Assembly (NCBI GenBank): GCA_017695015.1
Contig: JADIMD010000023.1
Coordinates: 8,670-72,669 of the forward strand
Reading direction: 5' to 3'
Length of the DNA stretch: 64,000 nt
Source: Candidatus Cryptobacteroides faecigallinarum
Lineage (GTDB): Bacteria; Bacteroidota; Bacteroidia; Bacteroidales; UBA932
Shown piece after piece: positions 62,142-64,000 of the stretch. A program made the position numbers and the translations under genes. Every line of letters begins with the position of its first letter. Position 1 is the first letter of the stretch. Below the pieces are notes generated by a model, which was not told the origin of the DNA, did not search any database, and worked only from the letters and a program-made list of their open reading frames with translations.

Positions 62142-63248
62142 ATGAAGGTTCTGTGCTGCATATTCAATTACGCGCCCTTGTACAGGGAGTCCGTCTACAG
62201 GAAAATAGATTCGGAGTATGATGCGAGGTTCTATTTCGGGGCGGAGCCTGTCTACGGGCAGGGTGACCTGGGGCTTGCGAAGATAGACAGCTCTGTGTTC
62301 CGTCATCCTCCTGGCGAGATACAGAATAGGCTGCTGTTCGGGAAACATCCGTGGAGAAGGGGAATGCTGCGGCTTGCATTCAGGAAAGAGTACGGTACCT
62401 TCCTTGTGTCGGGGGATTTCAACTGGGCTTATTTCCCTTTTTTCATCCTTTGCAGGCTGCTCGGGAAGAAGGTCTATGCCTGGGGGCACGGTTTCAAGGA
62501 CCTGAAGCGTTATCCGCGGTTGAAGCACCTGTATCTCAGGTTGACGGACGGCTATTTCGTATATGGCTCCAGAACACGGGACAGGATGGTGCAGCTCGGA
62601 TTCAACCCCGGGAAGCTGCATGTTATCTACAATTCCCTGAATGAGGGCGCCGATGCTCAGCGCAACCGCCTCCTGGCTTCCGAAATCTACCATTCCCATT
62701 TCGGCAACAGGCTCCCTGTGGTGATTTTCACAGGCAGGCTGACACCCGTGAAACGGCTGGACATGCTCATTGACGCCTGCATAGAGCAGTCTATCGAGGG
62801 GTTGAGGTATAATCTTGTAATCGTCGGCGACGGTCCTGAATCCGATGCTTTGAAAGAAAAGGTAAGGGACACTCCGTATTCATCCATGATATGGTTTTAT
62901 GGAGAATGCTATGACGAGAAAGTGCTGGCGTCACTGATATACAATGCGACTTTGTGCGTGTCGCCGGGGAATGTGGGACTTACTGCCGTCCATGCCATGA
63001 CTTACGGTGTACCGGTGATAACGCATGACGATTTCTTTACCCAGATGCCTGAATACGAGACTGTTGAAGAGGGCAGGACGGGACTGCTCTACAGGGCTGG
63101 GGATTTCAATGACCTTAAAAGGGCGATAAGACAGTGGCTCGTCTCGGGGACACCGAGGGAAGAGGTCAGGCAGGAATGCTATGCCATGGTCAATGACAGG
63201 TGGAATTCGGCATGCCAGATGGAAGTGATCAAATCTGTCATAAAATGA
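62142..63248 (+). CDS. Glycosyltransferase, GT4-like
   Basis: FTGRLTPVKRLD, VGDG, PGNVGLTAVHAMTYGVPVIT. Confidence 0.85.
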   Translation: MKVLCCIFNYAPLYRESVYRKIDSEYDARFYFGAEPVYGQGDLGLAKIDSSVFRHPPGEIQNRLLFGKHPWRRGMLRLAFRKEYGTFLVSGDFNWAYFPFFILCRLLGKKVYAWGHGFKDLKRYPRLKHLYLRLTDGYFVYGSRTRDRMVQLGFNPGKLHVIYNSLNEGADAQRNRLLASEIYHSHFGNRLPVVIFTGRLTPVKRLDMLIDACIEQSIEGLRYNLVIVGDGPESDALKEKVRDTPYSSMIWFYGECYDEKVLASLIYNATLCVSPGNVGLTAVHAMTYGVPVITHDDFFTQMPEYETVEEGRTGLLYRAGDFNDLKRAIRQWLVSGTPREEVRQECYAMVNDRWNSACQMEVIKSVIK

Positions 63249-64000
63249 AAAAGGACAGACTGGTGGCATATGGCAGGTCCGTGGGGACTTATTTTGCGGC
63301 GTCGCTGATCCCGATGCTGCTGATGGCGCTTGTCAATCCTCTTATTGCCCTCAACATGTCTCCGGAAGACTATGCCGTGTATGGATATTACAATTCATTC
63401 ACTGCCCTGATTACTCCGGTGATAGTGTTCTATATGCTCCATTATTATACCAAGCGGTATTATGAAGTCTCTGAAGCAGAGAGGCTGCAGCTCAGGGCGA
63501 TGCTTTTCAAGGCATTGATTTTCTTTTCATTTGCAGTGTCGGTCCTCTGCCTTGTCCTGCTTGCCGCATATATCAGGATTTTCAATTCCGATTCGGAGTT
63601 CCCGACGTTCCCTTATCTTGCCCTCATGGTGTTTGCCGTGCCGTTGTCAGGCATATATAAACTGGAGCAGACTGAGTACAGAATGTCGAGAAATTCGGGC
63701 GGCTTTTTCCGTCTGACTGTAGCTGCAGGAGTCATTCTGACAGTGACGAATCTTGTCTTTGTGGTCATTGCGAAGTGGGGTGCGGCCGGGAAGCTTCTGG
63801 CGCCTCTTGTCGCGAATCTGCTTGTTTTCATTTACCTTGTTGTCAGGCATCGCGGGCTCTTTGCTGTCAGGTGTTCATTCTCCGATTTCCGTAAGGTACT
63901 GACATTCTGTCTGCCTCTGGCGGCAGGTGCGGCTCTCGGATATTTCTTCAACGGATACGACAGGACATACCTTGAAGGCGTCGGAGATGTCACGGAATAT
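63245..64000 (+). CDS. Polysaccharide flippase (Wzx-like), 3'-truncated by window edge
   Basis: ATG overlaps GT stop (ATGA); MKKDRLVAYGRSVGTYFAASLIPMLL...MSPEDYAVYG, hydrophobic, open to window end. Confidence 0.75.
   Translation, partial: MKKDRLVAYGRSVGTYFAASLIPMLLMALVNPLIALNMSPEDYAVYGYYNSFTALITPVIVFYMLHYYTKRYYEVSEAERLQLRAMLFKALIFFSFAVSVLCLVLLAAYIRIFNSDSEFPTFPYLALMVFAVPLSGIYKLEQTEYRMSRNSGGFFRLTVAAGVILTVTNLVFVVIAKWGAAGKLLAPLVANLLVFIYLVVRHRGLFAVRCSFSDFRKVLTFCLPLAAGAALGYFFNGYDRTYLEGVGDVTEY

Overview
Bacteroidales-type chromosomal segment (TAnnTTTG promoters, SusC/SusD pairs, HTCS). Left to right: (1) a variable 5.4 kb tip with an AT-rich partial TPR gene, two clusters of palindromic repeats, a triply frameshifted surface lipoprotein gene, an Rpn nuclease and a CAT-like acetyltransferase; (2) a BtuB/BtuG-like receptor pair; (3) a 21 kb pectin (homogalacturonan) PUL: GH28, CE12-CE8, HTCS, GH105-PL1, PL1, SusC, SusD, SGBP; (4) a ~19 kb island (30488-49492) bounded by two 129 bp direct copies of the 3' end of a MATE gene, with no visible integrase, carrying a CAZyme-free SusC/D locus, a metzincin, three dithiol-motif envelope proteins and a HigBA-like TA pair; (5) core genes MATE, S9 peptidase, WYL, recG, pdxA, rnhA; (6) the start of a surface-polysaccharide locus (PHP phosphatase, rfbADCB, GT4, flippase). 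No tRNA, rRNA or CRISPR array was seen. Family calls come from motif recognition by eye, not database searches.
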